From Octopus bimaculoides (Eukaryota), in the NCBI RefSeq assembly GCF_001194135.2, contig NC_068981.1, positions 81,401,008 to 81,464,432 on the forward strand: a DNA stretch of 63,425 nucleotides. Reading direction: 5' to 3'. Each line of letters opens with the position of its first letter. Position 1 is the first letter of the stretch. The notes beneath the pieces were generated by a model. It saw only the letters and a list, made by a program, of their open reading frames with translations, did not search any database and was not told the origin of the DNA. Position numbers and translations under genes: made by a program. This document shows positions 37,722 to 51,460 of the stretch, in pieces.

Positions 37722-40273
37722 ACTTTTTCACTTCCCGAGCTTTAGACTAATACATCTGTTTGTTGTCTACAGCACCTGTCTTCGTCNNNNNNNNNNNNNN
37801 NNNNNNNNNNNNNNNNNNNNNNNNNNNNNNNNNNNNNNNNNNNNNNNNNNNNNNNNNNNNNNNNNNNNNNNNNNNNNNNNNNNNNNNNNNNNNNNNNNNN
37901 NNNNNNNNNNNNNNNNNNNNNNNNNNNNNNNATATATACATACATATATACATATATACACAATGGGTTTCTTTCAATTTCCACCAACCAGATTCACTTA
38001 CAAGGTTTTGGTCAGCCCAATGCTAAAAGAGAAGACACTTGCCAAAGAAGCCATGTAGTGGGACTGAACCCCCAAATATATGGTTGGGAAGCAAGCTTCT
38101 TAACCATACAGCCATGCAAGCCTGCAAATATAATGTTCAAAAATTATTACCACCATTTCATAACTTATATCTTATATCAGATAGATAGCATGAAAAATAA
38201 AACACCTACTTGTTTAAGACTGAACCTACATAACATACATTACCTTTAAAAAACAAATTGCAGATGTTGTTTCAATGAAAAGAAAGAAAAGAGGACAAAA
38301 TTGAAACAAAAATCTTGGAATGTTGATAATATTTGGAAATACTGAAAAGCATATTACAGTAATTTAGTGTTCTCTTCTTGATTCCAGTTTCAAATTCCAG
38401 CAAGCTCAATAAGATTAAACTAGACTTCCATTATTACTTCAGAGTTTAGGGCAGTGGACTGATTATCATAATCGATGGAGCATCAGATAAAATGTCTAGT
38501 GGTATTTGTTTTTGAAATCCTGCTGAGGTCAACTTTGCTTTTTACTATTTCAGGGTGGATAAAATAAAGTACTAGTCATGAACTTGGCTCAACACAATCA
38601 ACTTGCCATCCTCCTGTAATATTTCAGGCCTTGGGCCTATGATAGAAACAATTAAACACACTATAATATTCTCTCTATATATAACATTCTCTCTATATAC
38701 ATTCTCTCTATATATAACATTCTCTCTCTCTCTCTCTCTCTCTCTCCCTCTCTCTTTCTCCCTGTATATTGAGATACACAACTGTAAAGAGAAAGTACCT
38801 TCTCTTCACATTTATGTGGTTCTTTTTTGTTGTAGTTATACTAAATGGGGAATACATATTTACATTTCAAACAAAACCAACAGGCTGATTGTAAAGACTA
38901 CATATGAAACAAAATGTAAATAGGAAAACGCACTGGATACTCACAGTGCTTATAGAGAAATTGGATTGCAAGACAAGGAGAGTGGGGGGTGCATTGCAGA
39001 GACTATGGCAGCCTGCTTTTCAAAGGAGTAGTAGGCCCCTAGCCATATCATTAATCCTTATGGGGCTTGATCTTTGAAAGGAGTCATATCTTTGTTTTGA
39101 CATAGATATGTTGAAATACTAGGAGAGACACATTAAACAAGTCATTTAAACTGAATAGTGCTATAAATAATACTTTATAATTTAATGGGTTAAAAACCCT
39201 TAGGTTAAAGATGTGTTTCAAGTGCCATGAGTAGCTTTCTGCCGTTTTTTTTCCATCCAAGGGACTTTTAACCCAATATCATCATTATTAACATCATCAT
39301 TTAATGTTTACTTTCCTATGCTTGTATAGGTTAGACAAAATTTACTGAAGCAGATTTTTTACAGCTGGATGCCCTTCTTGTTGCCAACCTTCACCTGTTT
39401 CCAAGCAAGGTAGTATTTCTCATGGTCAGACATATTTTCCTCAGAAAACTGGAAATGAGCCTACATCACTTGTATAACAGCGATACTCATTTACAACCAT
39501 CACATGATGTCATCCCAAGGGCATACACAAACACACACACACACACATATATATGATGGGTTTCCTTCAGTTTCCATCTATTAAATCCAGTCACAAAGCT
39601 TTGGTCAACCCATGACTATAGTAGAAGACACTTGCTCAAGGTGCCATGCAGTGGGATTGAACCTAAGTTCACATGATTGGGAAGCAAGCTTCTCAACTAC
39701 ACAGCCACATCTGTACATGGCTGTATTTGTTTCATGATGTACAGTTAGAGGACTTATTTATGTAATAACATTACTTTCAAGTGGTAAATACCATTTTTTT
39801 ATAATACAAATTTTTATTTAGTTTTATTAAAAGACCTTTTCTCTTGTAGAACAACAAATTTTTTTCACAGAACCCAGGTGTTTGTAAACTCACTTTGAGA
39901 AACACTCAAGTACCATGTTTTGGACATACTCTCTTAAATGTGTGTGTGTGTGTGCAATTAGCTGCAGAAGGAGGGAGTAGACAGCAGAAGCATTATTCCA
40001 ACATCTGAGCAAGGATGGGCCATAAGAGTAAGATGTAAATAAACTGGCTCTTGTCCAGTCTTGATCAAGTAGACCTATCTATGATCAAATGATTCCAGTT
40101 GTGACTAGCCAATTTTATTTTCAGACATAATGTATCTTGGATTACATTATCCAATGTGTTCTTCCTGTTTTAAGAGAGTTTGGGGTGATTTAAGTAAGAT
40201 ATAGATGCTATTGTAAAGATGCTTTCTTGTTTAGTAGTTACAAATGAAATAAGAACATAATGTTTTTTTGTTT

Positions 40274-40652
40274 GTTGGCACTCCGTCGCTAACAACGTCG
40301 GGGGTTCCAGTTGATCCGATCAACGGAACAGCCTGCTTGTGAGATGAACGTGCAAGTGGCTGAGCACTCCACAGACACGTGTATCCTTAACGTAGTTCTC
40401 GGGGATATTCAGCGTGACACAGTGTGACAAGACTGACCCTTTGAATTACAGGCACAACAGAAACAGGAAGTAAGAGTGAGAGAAAGTTGTGGTGAAAGAG
40501 TACAGCAGGGTTCGCCACCATCCCCTGCTGGAGCCCCGTGGAGCTTTAGGTGTTTTCGCTCAATAAACACTCACAAAGCCCGGTCTGGGAATCGAAACCG
40601 CGATCTTATAACCGCGAGTCCACTGCCCTAACCACTGGGCCATTGCGCCTCC
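40274..40652 (-). mobile_element. SINE family A
   Basis: 10-bp TSD agaacataat at 40252-40261 and 40654-40663. Confidence 0.9.
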
Positions 40653-41689
40653 CAGAACATAATAAACATGAAGAAAAAAGAAACTCAAATACAATTTTAA
40701 AAAACTGGGAGATTTAACTGCTATTTCTTGCAAGTCAAACATTGTTGGTTTATTAGCCCATTACAAATATAGTAGGAGCTTAATGTAGATAAAGAAAAAA
40801 AATGTAAAAAATGACATAAATAAAACAAAAAGCAAATTAACATGGAAAGATTAATTTCTTCAAAGGAGTAAAATACATCTGTTTGGAAATGTTTGGCTGA
40901 TGTAGTAATCCATCTGTTTAAATAATTATTGTCTAGAGTTTATAGCCCATCTCCCTCTCCCCACTCTCTCTCGTTCTCTTTGACTCTAAATGCGTTGATT
41001 CAGTGGCATGTTTATGTTCAAACTGTAGTACCTGGTGTTGTTTGATTTATGAGCTCTGACATCAAGAAAGACAGGTCTACATTCATCACATGTGAAATGA
41101 AAACTATCCTTTCCACTTGGAAACATTTCCATTCTCAAAGAAAAGGCTTCATCATCATATTAATTAGATTAAAGATTTTTCTCATGAGAATTTGAGTAAA
41201 ACAATGTGTTTTTGTCTTATTTTTGTTTTTTTAATGGATTTTAGACAAACTTTCAAATGTATAATTAAAAATACAACAAATTTCAATGAATTTAATTTCT
41301 CAAAGGGAATTGTTTAAGGAGTGAAATGTTCCTTAAATTATTATTTTAATTTCAATAGGAGCAACACTATCAGCAAACACAAAGTCCAGTGTCTGTCACT
41401 AATGAAGAGAAACATGTTAAAACGATGATGATGATAAAGGACACACACACACACACACACACACACAAGTAAATAAAGATATTTCTAATAAAATTTTATT
41501 TGTTTGCCTATGTTTGCCAATAAACTCTTCTGAGTTATCCTTATTTTTAATCTTTTCTGAATTTTTAAAATTGTAAAGCTAATTTACAGACACTCTGTAC
41601 TTTTGAAGATGGCTTGACTTATAAGAAGAAAGCAATCCATATAAGCTAAAATTCCAGGTAAAACAGATTGGTCACAGAGTATGAATACC

Positions 41690-41721
<32 letters not shown>

Positions 41722-41871
41722 CATACATACATACATATTTGCAAGTGTATGAGTGAGTAAGGTAATTCATACACACAAACATTAAACTATAAACATTAAT
41801 CTGTGTGATACAGTGTTATATATATAGAACAATGTTACTAAATTCATGGATTTAATTATATGTTAAACCTG

Positions 41872-42252
41872 TTGTTGGCACTCCGTCGCTTACGACGTCG
41901 AGGGTTCCAGTTGATCCGATCAACAGAACAGCTTGCTCGTGAAATTAACATGCAAGTGGCTGAGCACTCCACAGACACGTGTACCCTTAACATAGTTCTC
42001 GGGGATATTCAGCGTGACACAGTGTGACAAGGCTGGCCCTTTGAAATACAGGTACAACAGAAACAGGAAGAAAGAGTGAGAGAAAGTTGTGGTGAAAGAG
42101 TACAGCAGGGTTTGCCACTATCCCCTGCCGGAGCCTCATGGAGCTTTAGGTGTTTTTGCTCAATAAACACTCACAACGCCCAGTCTGGGAATCGAAACCA
42201 CGATCCTATGACTGCGAGTCCGCTGCCCTAACCACTGGGCCATTGCGCCTCC
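41872..42252 (-). mobile_element. SINE family A
   Basis: Full length; TSD-like atatgttaaacct / acatattaaacct. Confidence 0.9.
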
Positions 42253-43744
42253 ACATATTAAACCTATACACATGCATACACACAAACAAAATGCTATTTG
42301 CATTATAATTAGAGGGGATGGCAGGGGATCAACACTCCTGGCAGTCTGATGTGCTTGCAAAGACATGTCAAGCTAAGTAAAAGCATGGTTGCCCTTGCAT
42401 ACAGGCTCATCCCTTGCAACCCTCTCCAGTTGAGCATCTCTAACTTTGCAGGCTTGTAAGTGCTAGTGCCATGTAAAAAGCACCCAGTACACTCTGTAAA
42501 GTGGTTGGCATTAGGAAGGGTATCCAGCCATAGAAACCATGCCAAAACAGACAGGGAGCCTGAACAGCCCTTCAGCTGGTCAGCTCTTGTAAAACTGTCC
42601 AACCCATGCCCGTGTGGAAAACGGACATTAAATGAGGATGATGATGATGACGATGATGTCACATGGAAGGAGGTGTGTGGTTAAGAGGGTTGCTTCCCAA
42701 CCACATGGTTTTGCCTTCAATCCCCCATTGTAAGTATCTTCTACTGTAGTCCTGAGATTTGGAAGATGGATACTGAAAGAAACCTGTTGTATATGTGTGC
42801 ATATGTCTGTATGTGAGTATGTGTGAAGTTTGTGTCTCTTTGTCTTGGCATTGCATTGATAGTTGTAAATGAGTGTCACTGTCATACAAGCGGTGTCATT
42901 CATCTCGAATCTCTCAACAAAACCCGTCTGGCCATTGGGGAATACTAACTTGCTTGGAAACATGAAAGTTGGTGAAAGACATCTGGCCATAGAAAACCTG
43001 CCTCAATAAACTTCATCCGACCCATGCAAGCATGGAAAAGTGGACATTAACACTAGGATAGTAGTCGTGGTGGTGGTTATGCTGCTGTTGCTGCTGATGA
43101 TGATGAACACACACACTCATATATATACGCAGTATAATCTAGAGGAATAGCATGTATGGGTTAACATCTGAAAATGAAATCATTTTAACATGTTGCATTA
43201 GCATGTGGAAACCCACACAATTACCTTTTAGACACACAATTACCTTTTAGATAATGTTGAATCCAAGTAGTAGCAGACAAACAGCAACAGATTAGAAATA
43301 CCAAAGATAGCTTGGGACATATAGTGAAAGGTTAACACATATATCATCAGCCTAAGATATCCTATCCTCATCATCAACTGGCTAACCAACTAACAAGCTA
43401 TATTAAGATAACCAAATACTACATACTAGAATCATGTATAACAAATATGACTGAATGTGAAACCATAGGTGCAGGCATGGCTGTGTGGTAAGAAGCTTGC
43501 TTTCCAACCACATAGTTCTAGTCTAGGTTCAGCACCTTGGGCAAGTATCTTCTACTATAGCCTTGGGCTGACCAAAGCCATGTGAGTGGATTTGGTAGAT
43601 GGAACTGAAAGATGCTAGTCATATATTTGTGTGTCTTTGTGTTTGTGTTTGTCTCCACTTCTCACTGCTTGACAACCTGTGACTTAGTAGTTTGGCAAAA
43701 AGAGACCGACAGAACAAGTACCAGACTCAAAAGAGAGGAGCAGG

Positions 43745-44130
43745 AGTGACTGTGTGGTAAGTAGCTTGCTTATCAACCACATGGTTCCAGGTTCAGTCCC
43801 ACTGTGTGGCACCTTGGGCAAGTTGTCTTCTACTATAGCCTCGGGCCGACCAAAGCCTTGTGAGTGGATTTGGTAGACGGAAACTGAAAGAAGCCCGTTG
43901 TATATATGTATATGTATATGTATATGTGTGTTTGTGTGTCTGTGTTTGTCCACCAACATCGTTTGACAACCGATGCTGGTGTGTTTACGTCCCCGTAACT
44001 TAGCGGTTCGGCAAAAGAGAACAATAGAATAAGTACTAGGCTTCCAAAGAATAAGTCCTGGGGTCGATTTGCTCGACTAAAGACAGTGCTCCAGCATGGC
44101 CGCAGTAAAATGACTGAAACAAGTAAAAGA
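43745..44130 (+). mobile_element. SINE family B, young copy, adjoining an older copy (43470-43730)
   Basis: Complete head-microsatellite-tail layout. Confidence 0.85.
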
Positions 44131-45214
44131 GTAATAGAGAAAAAAAAAAAACAAGTACTGGGATCAATTCATCAAACTGAAAGTTCTTCAAGGCGGAGCC
44201 CCAGCATGGCTGCTGTCTAATGACTGGAACAAGTAAAAGATAAAGATAAAGATAAATACTAGCACCTTGAATTTACAAGGCACAGGCATAATTGTATGGT
44301 TAAAAAGTTTGTTTTGGAATCATTTGGTCTTGAGTTCCACCACAAAGTGTCCCCTGCTATAGCCCTGGGTCAGTCAATACTTTGTAAGTAAATTTGGGAG
44401 ATGGAAAACATCGCGCATGTGTGTGTGTGTGTGTCTATTTCTCACAGTTTGACAATCAGTGTTCATTTGTTTAAATTCCTGTAACTTAGTAATTTAATAA
44501 AAAGAGACCATTAGAATAAGTACTACATTTAAAATAAACCAGGGCTATAGTAGGAGCTTCTTGCCCAAGGGGCCACACAGTGGGACTGAACCTTAAACAA
44601 TGTGGTTGCAAAGCAAACTTCTTAACTACACAGCCATACTTGTGCCTAAAAACCTATATTTGTGTCTAAGGTTTGTATTTGAAGTATTTCTTTTCTTATA
44701 ACCACGTTTCACATCTTGAGGCTAATGCAAGGATCAAATTGAAACATTATAAACAATCAGACAGCTACATTAAACATCTAGTCTGTTTATCACACCAACT
44801 CAACTTGTTCTCTTTCTACTAAGCAGATTGTGCAGCTAAATGCTGTACAAACCACAAGGGAAAGAAATGTAATATACTATTTTAAGAGAGGCCCTACATC
44901 TTTAAAATGTCCAAGACAGATATGAAATACATGGTAAAATTATTTTAATAGTTTCTGGTTTTCATGCATTAAAAATTTCAGTGAACTTATATTTTTGTAC
45001 CAGGAAAACAATTGTAAATTATACAGTAGTACATAGCAGACATTCAAACTTTAAACTGATTCAACTTTACGATGAAAGTAAACAAAGTTTGTCTTTAGAA
45101 GCATTGAGATGTATTGTAAGATACAGAAATAAATTTATTTCTCAAATGCGTGATAAAGCTATAAATAGCATGATCAGGATAATTTATCCATATAATGCAG
45201 AAAAAATACTTTAC

Positions 45215-45288
45215 TGGCCAGCCATGAGACTTGAACTCACATCTCTGTAATTACATGTCAAGTGTTTTACCATTAAACTAAACTGCCC
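45215..45288 (-). pseudogene. tRNA-like pseudogene or SINE head (TGT anticodon position)
   Basis: GGGCAGTTTAGTTTAATGGTAAAACACTTGACATGTAATTACAGAGATGTGAGTTCAAGTCTCATGGCTGGCCA; acceptor stem 6/7, T-stem intact, anticodon stem poor. Confidence 0.5.
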
Positions 45289-45415
45289 AGCAACAAATTC
45301 TTCTGCAATTTTAGAACTTATAAATTTAGCTTCATAAGACGCTATGAAGCTAAATTATAAGTTCTAAAATTGCAGAAGAATTTGTTGCTGGGCAGTTTAG
45401 TTTAATGCTAAAACA
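45263..45415. repeat. Near-perfect palindrome, ~75-bp arms, 6-nt loop
   Basis: One 1-nt indel and one mismatch between arms; loop agacgc at 45337-45342. Confidence 0.95.
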
Positions 45416-48400
45416 TTTAAACTGATTGTTATAGCCTCATTTCGATTGCCACTTTTTCACATTTCATTTTGGAACTCAAGATAAAAATAGAGGCCTAACT
45501 AAACCTGTAGTATTTAATCCTTTAGAAATTCAGATAAGTCTATTAAATGTAATGCTTATTTATTCAAATTGTTTTGAATGAATCATGTATTATCTTGTAC
45601 CTTCAAGAATTTGATGGTGCGATTGTTTATTTTTAGAACGACATAGTAGGGTAGGTATGAAAGGCTGGATATGGCCAGTTTGAACATAAAACAGGTAGAA
45701 TATTTTGGGCTGGTATGGCCAGTTTAAATGCTAAAAGGTTAAAAGTTGTTGGCAAAAATAAATTTAAGAACTTCATAATAAGAAAACAAAACAAAACAAA
45801 AAATGATGTGTATACTATGCATCTTTTTTTCCTTAATTTCAAATTCAAATTTCTAATCTCAAATATAATAAAAATGATCATCTCCCCACTAGGGAATGAC
45901 ACAAGTAATAATGTAACTTTGTTCCTCTTACTTCATTGTAATTTCATCATTTTCGTTTTTCTTTAAAAATGACAGATTGACAGAGTCAGGATGATTAAAT
46001 GGAGTAACAGACCAGGGTAGTGGATTGAGAGAAATGTTAAAACTTTAAATGAGATGCTTTACAGAATTTGTTCAGGGTCTTTGTTTTTTGAGTTCTTTGA
46101 TAATCAACTTAATTTGTTACCCAGTGTAACACAACTGCTTGGCATTTGAGTACCTTTAGCAAAGCCCATTCTGTTGCATGCATCTGTGTAAGGTCTCTGG
46201 TTTAAGGATAAGTGTTATTCTTTTGTTCCACCAGTCTAAGAAGTCCCTAAGAGAGAGTCATGAGCACTGCCCTTCTTTCCAATATTAGACTGTCACCACC
46301 CCACCAAAAAAAAAAAGAAGAAAAACGAAAGAAAAAACGATTACATGTGTGGTTTATTCGTTAAGATGGATGTCAAAGGTCTCCTTGGTGATTTCTTGTT
46401 TTTGACATTTTAATATTTTAAGTGAAACCAGGGTGTTTTTGTTTAATCTACGTTAGTCTTAGCTGAACATAATTGTGATTAAAGTCATTCAGCTATGATT
46501 GTCGCATCCAATTCTTCATTCAGGTACTGTAAGAGAAGGATGAAGTTTGTAAAAAGGCAGGTTGTAACTTGAAGGGAAGCCTAGCCGTTATTTCTAGCAG
46601 AGAAACTGGTCTTGTATAGGCTCGCCTTACTAGTTAGACTGAAGCCAGATAATAACTGAATCAGTTGTAGAATTCTGGCTGGAATTACTAAGAGATGCAT
46701 ATCGTGCACTTTAACTTTTCTTTTAGCATTTTCATTCTTTTATATTATTGTTCATAACTGTTTTGTTGTTTTGTTAATCAGTTCCAGTTTCAAAGAGCAG
46801 ATTGATAAAGTTCCTCCTGGCTCATGCCAGCAGTATACAAGATGAAAAACCTTTACAGATGCTCATATTTCAAAACTGTTTTCAGACCATAAGTGTCTAA
46901 ATTCTTGTCAGAAATGCAAGTCAGTAAACAAAACCAGAAACCCAATATCAAGATGTATCTGATAAAAGCTTAGCCAACGGCTATCGCATATCAATGGTTA
47001 TATTTATTTTTGTATTTTTTTAAAAACACTTAGTATTTTGTACATGAATAAAACATGATTTGTACTCATAGATTTATTAAATAGAGATAAGTGAGTGTGT
47101 GTACCATTAATTAAAGAATAAAAAAATTAATATTAATCAAAACCATAATTATTCACATAATGAAACGATGATTTTTGTGTCAGATTCGGCTGCTGCTGTT
47201 ATTTAAAATGAATAGAATAGAGGGTGAAGGAAGATGATGTTTGTTATGATTTGTCAACAGAAACAGTGTGAATTCAGTTGTGTGTGTGAGAGAAAGAGCA
47301 AAAGAAAGAAGTGGAAGAGAAATCATGCCAGAGTTTGTTTATGTTGCAGCAGTAAGCTGCAAGTCGAAGGAATGAATCAAAAAGTGATACAAAGTCAGAT
47401 TCGTTAAGACATACTGCCTGAAGAAATTCGCCTGAAATATGAAAATCAATATTTCACATTCCGATTCTTTAAATTGGCACAAAGCTTTAGATTAATAGAT
47501 CGGGGAGAAAAAGTTTTAAGTTAACATTCATATTTTTTTTTTCTATAAGAATTTTCAGTGACACATTTAAAGTGTCCACCGGGAAATTGAAACATTTCAT
47601 TATAAAACACCTGTCACGACATATATTTTTGAGAAATTAGAGCAAGACACTGGGGAGTAATTTATACAAATCTGTTGGAGAAAAGGCCATCACTTATAGT
47701 TAGTAACCTTTAAGGAAATATATATTTTCATCTTTACTCCTAAAAAAAAAAATGTAGTGAAGGCAAATATTTTATATTTCCTGTATTTATCTTTCATGCC
47801 TTACAAAACAAAAATCGATCTAAAATTTGTTTTAATATCTAGGTACTTTTATTTTCTTTGAAAACGATTTAATTTGAAGAAAATTACAATACGCTATTGA
47901 AAGCTATTGAATACATATATTTTAGAAACCATAACAAACATTTATATCTTCTCGTGTTTTTTGTTTCTTTACATTTTCATTTCGCTTTGTAAATAGAAAG
48001 AAAGAAACAGCTTTTTTTTTTTTTTGTTCTTATGTTTGAGAGTTCATCTCATGTCCGTACATCCATATGATCCTAGTAGAAAGCATTACTGCCTTCCTCG
48101 TTAACAACTGCCAATCATAAGCACTCTGGACCTGTATCATTTAGCATCATGTACTGACCTAATTTTTTTTGTAAACAGTACACTGACTCCCGTCACACAA
48201 ACAAAAAACGCGCCAAGCGTGCTTGCATATGCATTGTAAGCGATAGTAAGGAATGCCCCCTGCTTTAGAGTACAACACATTTTAATCTTAAAAATTAATT
48301 AGCTTTCAACATGTTTGATTAATTAGAAACTTCCTTTTTTTTTAAGTAAACCATGTAGCAGAAATATATATTCAGGGCCTCGGAGACGGGTGACAGGAAG

Positions 48401-49621
48401 TCAGGTCGGAGGCCTGGCCTGTAATGCTTACAATAGAGATATATACATCACGTAAAAGGGATACTTGATGTATCTCTTTTAACGAGATACACCATGTTAA
48501 GAACCATCGATTTTTAACGAGATACGTTTTTTACGTGATGGTGTTAAAGTAGATGACGGATTAATCCACCACTCAAAAGCAGCCGACTTGATGCTTCCGA
48601 GAAAGACAAGACTACTTATGCATGGTATCGCGCAGTGGAATCGAACCAGAAACCATACAGTTACAAAGTAAACTTCTTAACCACCACAGCCATGTCTGAG
48701 AACACAAATATGTTCGGTGATTGGAAACTGCGCAATGTTTATGATTATTTAAGCTCTTCCAAATCTGCGTCTTCGGCTGGTATTCTGTTTCTCACAGATT
48801 ATTTAGAGAAGAGCAGCCTCTAACCTTTATGGGAGAGAACTATGAGACTGAGTGGTAGTGGTGGTTGGGAGGGGAAGAATCCACAACTAATAGTGTGAGG
48901 TTAATTCAATTAGATATAGAGTAAAGCTAAGGTTAGAGATCTAACATAATACTTGCATCAGTGGACTCCATAAATGGCACCCCAAGGACAATGCAGTGAT
49001 GGCGTTAAACCGAGCGATGGGTTTCTACCAGGCTCCCGTTAAGTCAGTCTATACAATTTCGCTCACATAGTAAGAGTCAACCGGAGGTTATAATCGAAGA
49101 TATTTTCCCAAGGTACCACACGAGTCTGAGGTTAAAAAAATATCCAGGATAACGAAATACCGCCCCTCCCTCGTGGTGGTGATCATTAGTATTACACCCA
49201 TAAACTCTAGACCAGAATAACTCGATACAAACACGAATGCCATTAGCCTTTCTCAAGAAACAAGTAATTTCAAATATGTATATTTAATCAAGCTTTTTGT
49301 AATATGTAATTATGTAAAAATAAAATATGTAACTGTATACAATGTATATTTCATAATGATATTATTGTTTGATCCAATATAGTAGTTATTCCACCTGATT
49401 ATTGTCTAGGCAACAAAACAAGAATTCCTGCATTTAAAATCTGTAAAAGAATTTGGTATTGCCAGATTCTATATTATCTCAAAAATGTTTAGAGGAGGAG
49501 AGGAACAACAGTGTCCCGTGATGCTACTTATATTATTTAGGGAGTTTCTTTGTATTTTGTTTATTTATTTTAAACTCTTTATAGTTTACTTTTGTATATT
49601 GATGTTCTAATAAATCTATTG

Positions 49622-49900
49622 TAACAAAGTTCCTCCGAAGGATCTCTGGAGTAACGTTACTCGACAAGGTGCGGTAACTCAGAGATCAGGGAGTCTCGAA
49701 GTTGAGCTGTTACTTCTCCGCATTGAGAGACCACAGCTCCGATACTACGGATACGTGATTCTTCAAGCCAAACTAACCAGCAGGAGATCTGGGGTAGACC
49801 AAGAATGAGATAGTTTGATAATATCCATAGTCACAGATGGTCACGCTTGCGAATCAAGCCAGAAAATCTAACGACGGTGCTTCTGAGGATTCTTCTATCA
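49622..49900 (+). mobile_element. RTE LINE C-terminal fragment
   Basis: FLRRISGVTLLDKVR*LRDQ../SEIRESLEVELLLLRIERPQLRYYGYV..GRPRMR..DNI. Confidence 0.75.
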
Positions 49901-50814
49901 CAACTATTCCTAAGAATAGTGGCCAGAGAAGATAGATAGATAAATCTGTTATAATATATAAAAGTAGTCTTTCTTATAAAAATATTGGATCAGACAATAC
50001 TAACCTTTCTTAAATTCATATTTTATACAATTACTTACTTTATACTTAAAGAAAACCATAATTATTTGAAGCATTATTCTTAGTTTGGTACATATCGGGA
50101 GGGTCATTATGTCAATAACGAATGCATGCACTGGTTCTATTTCATTATTTATTTTTATTTGTCGATTATTTAACCATTTAACTAATTAAATACCCGACTG
50201 ACTGATAAATCGTTCGGTCAATTAATCAATTAGGGACGTTTGTCAAAGTCCTTTCGTTGCCATTCGCAAGCCTCATCAAAAACATACCCTCTCTACTTCA
50301 TGTTTTCTGAATCGTTAGGCTGTCGGTGACAAGAATACCTTGCAGTAGTTCTTTCGGGTTTTTATGTTCTGAGTTCAAATTCTGCTGGTGTCGGCTTTGC
50401 TTTAATCCTTCCGAGGGTTGATAAAATAAAGTACAAGCTAAGTACTGGCGTCAATTTAATCGACTATCTCCGCACGCCGTAAGGGCTGCCCGACTTGGAC
50501 TCAAATAGACTACACAATAACAACACTCTTAATGCAACAGAAATTGTTTATTTGTTTTGTATAATTAGCAACAATTTTGCTTTTAAAGAAAGGAAGACAA
50601 TTAGTCAGAAGCTAACTGAACGGTACACCAAAAGGTGTCTGGAAAAATTACAGGAAAAAGTCACAATTTTAATTAGGAAAAAAGTCACTTGATAAAAATC
50701 ACATTCTATTTAGATACCATAAACAATTAAAAGTAATGAAACAAAAAATATTTTAAATCAGTTATTAACTGACAGCATACGATTTGTACACAATTTATAT
50801 ATGATGGCATTGCA

Positions 50815-51460
50815 CAGGCATGGCTGTGTGGTAAGAAATTTGCTTCTCAATCACATGGTTCCCGGTTCAGTCCCACTGTGTGGCACCTTCGGCAAGTGTC
50901 TTTTGCTATAGCCTCGGGCCAACCCAAACTTTGTGAGTGGATTTGGTAGACGGGAACTGAAAGAAGCTATGTGGTATATGCATATATATATATTATTCAA
51001 ATTTACAGAAAACAAAAGACGAAGATGGATGTAGGAACAAGAAGCAGGGGTATTATAGTTTAACGCTCGGGAAGAACGGGAAAAGTCTTTTACGTTTCGA
51101 GCCTACGCTCTTCGACAGAAAGGATTAAGAGGGAAAACCAGGGAGAGAGAAAGGAAACAAAATTGTAGGGATTAACGGTTCAACATTACAAATAGCCAGA
51201 AGCTGAATGAAAAGGAGATAATTACAGTGACCCGGCCATACGTGTGTGTTTGTCCCCCCATCCCCACCCCACCGCTTGACAACCGGTGCTGGTGAGTTTA
51301 CGTCCTTGTAACTTAGCGGTGCGGAAAGAGACAGAATAAGTACCAGGCTTTAAAAAAATAAGTATTGTAGGTCGATATATTCGACTAAAAATTCTTCAAG
51401 GCGGTACCCCAGTATGGCCGCAGTCGAAGAAGTGAAACAAGTAAACGATAAAAGATATAT
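50815..51460 (+). mobile_element. SINE family B interrupted at its (TA)n tract by a ~250-bp antisense insert
   Basis: Head 50815-50990, insert ~50993-51240, tail resumes ~51241. Confidence 0.8.
51087..51122 (-). ncRNA. Second copy of the non-canonical minimal hammerhead
   Basis: cttt CTGTCGA A GAGC-gtag-GCTC GAAA CG T A aaag. Confidence 0.6.
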
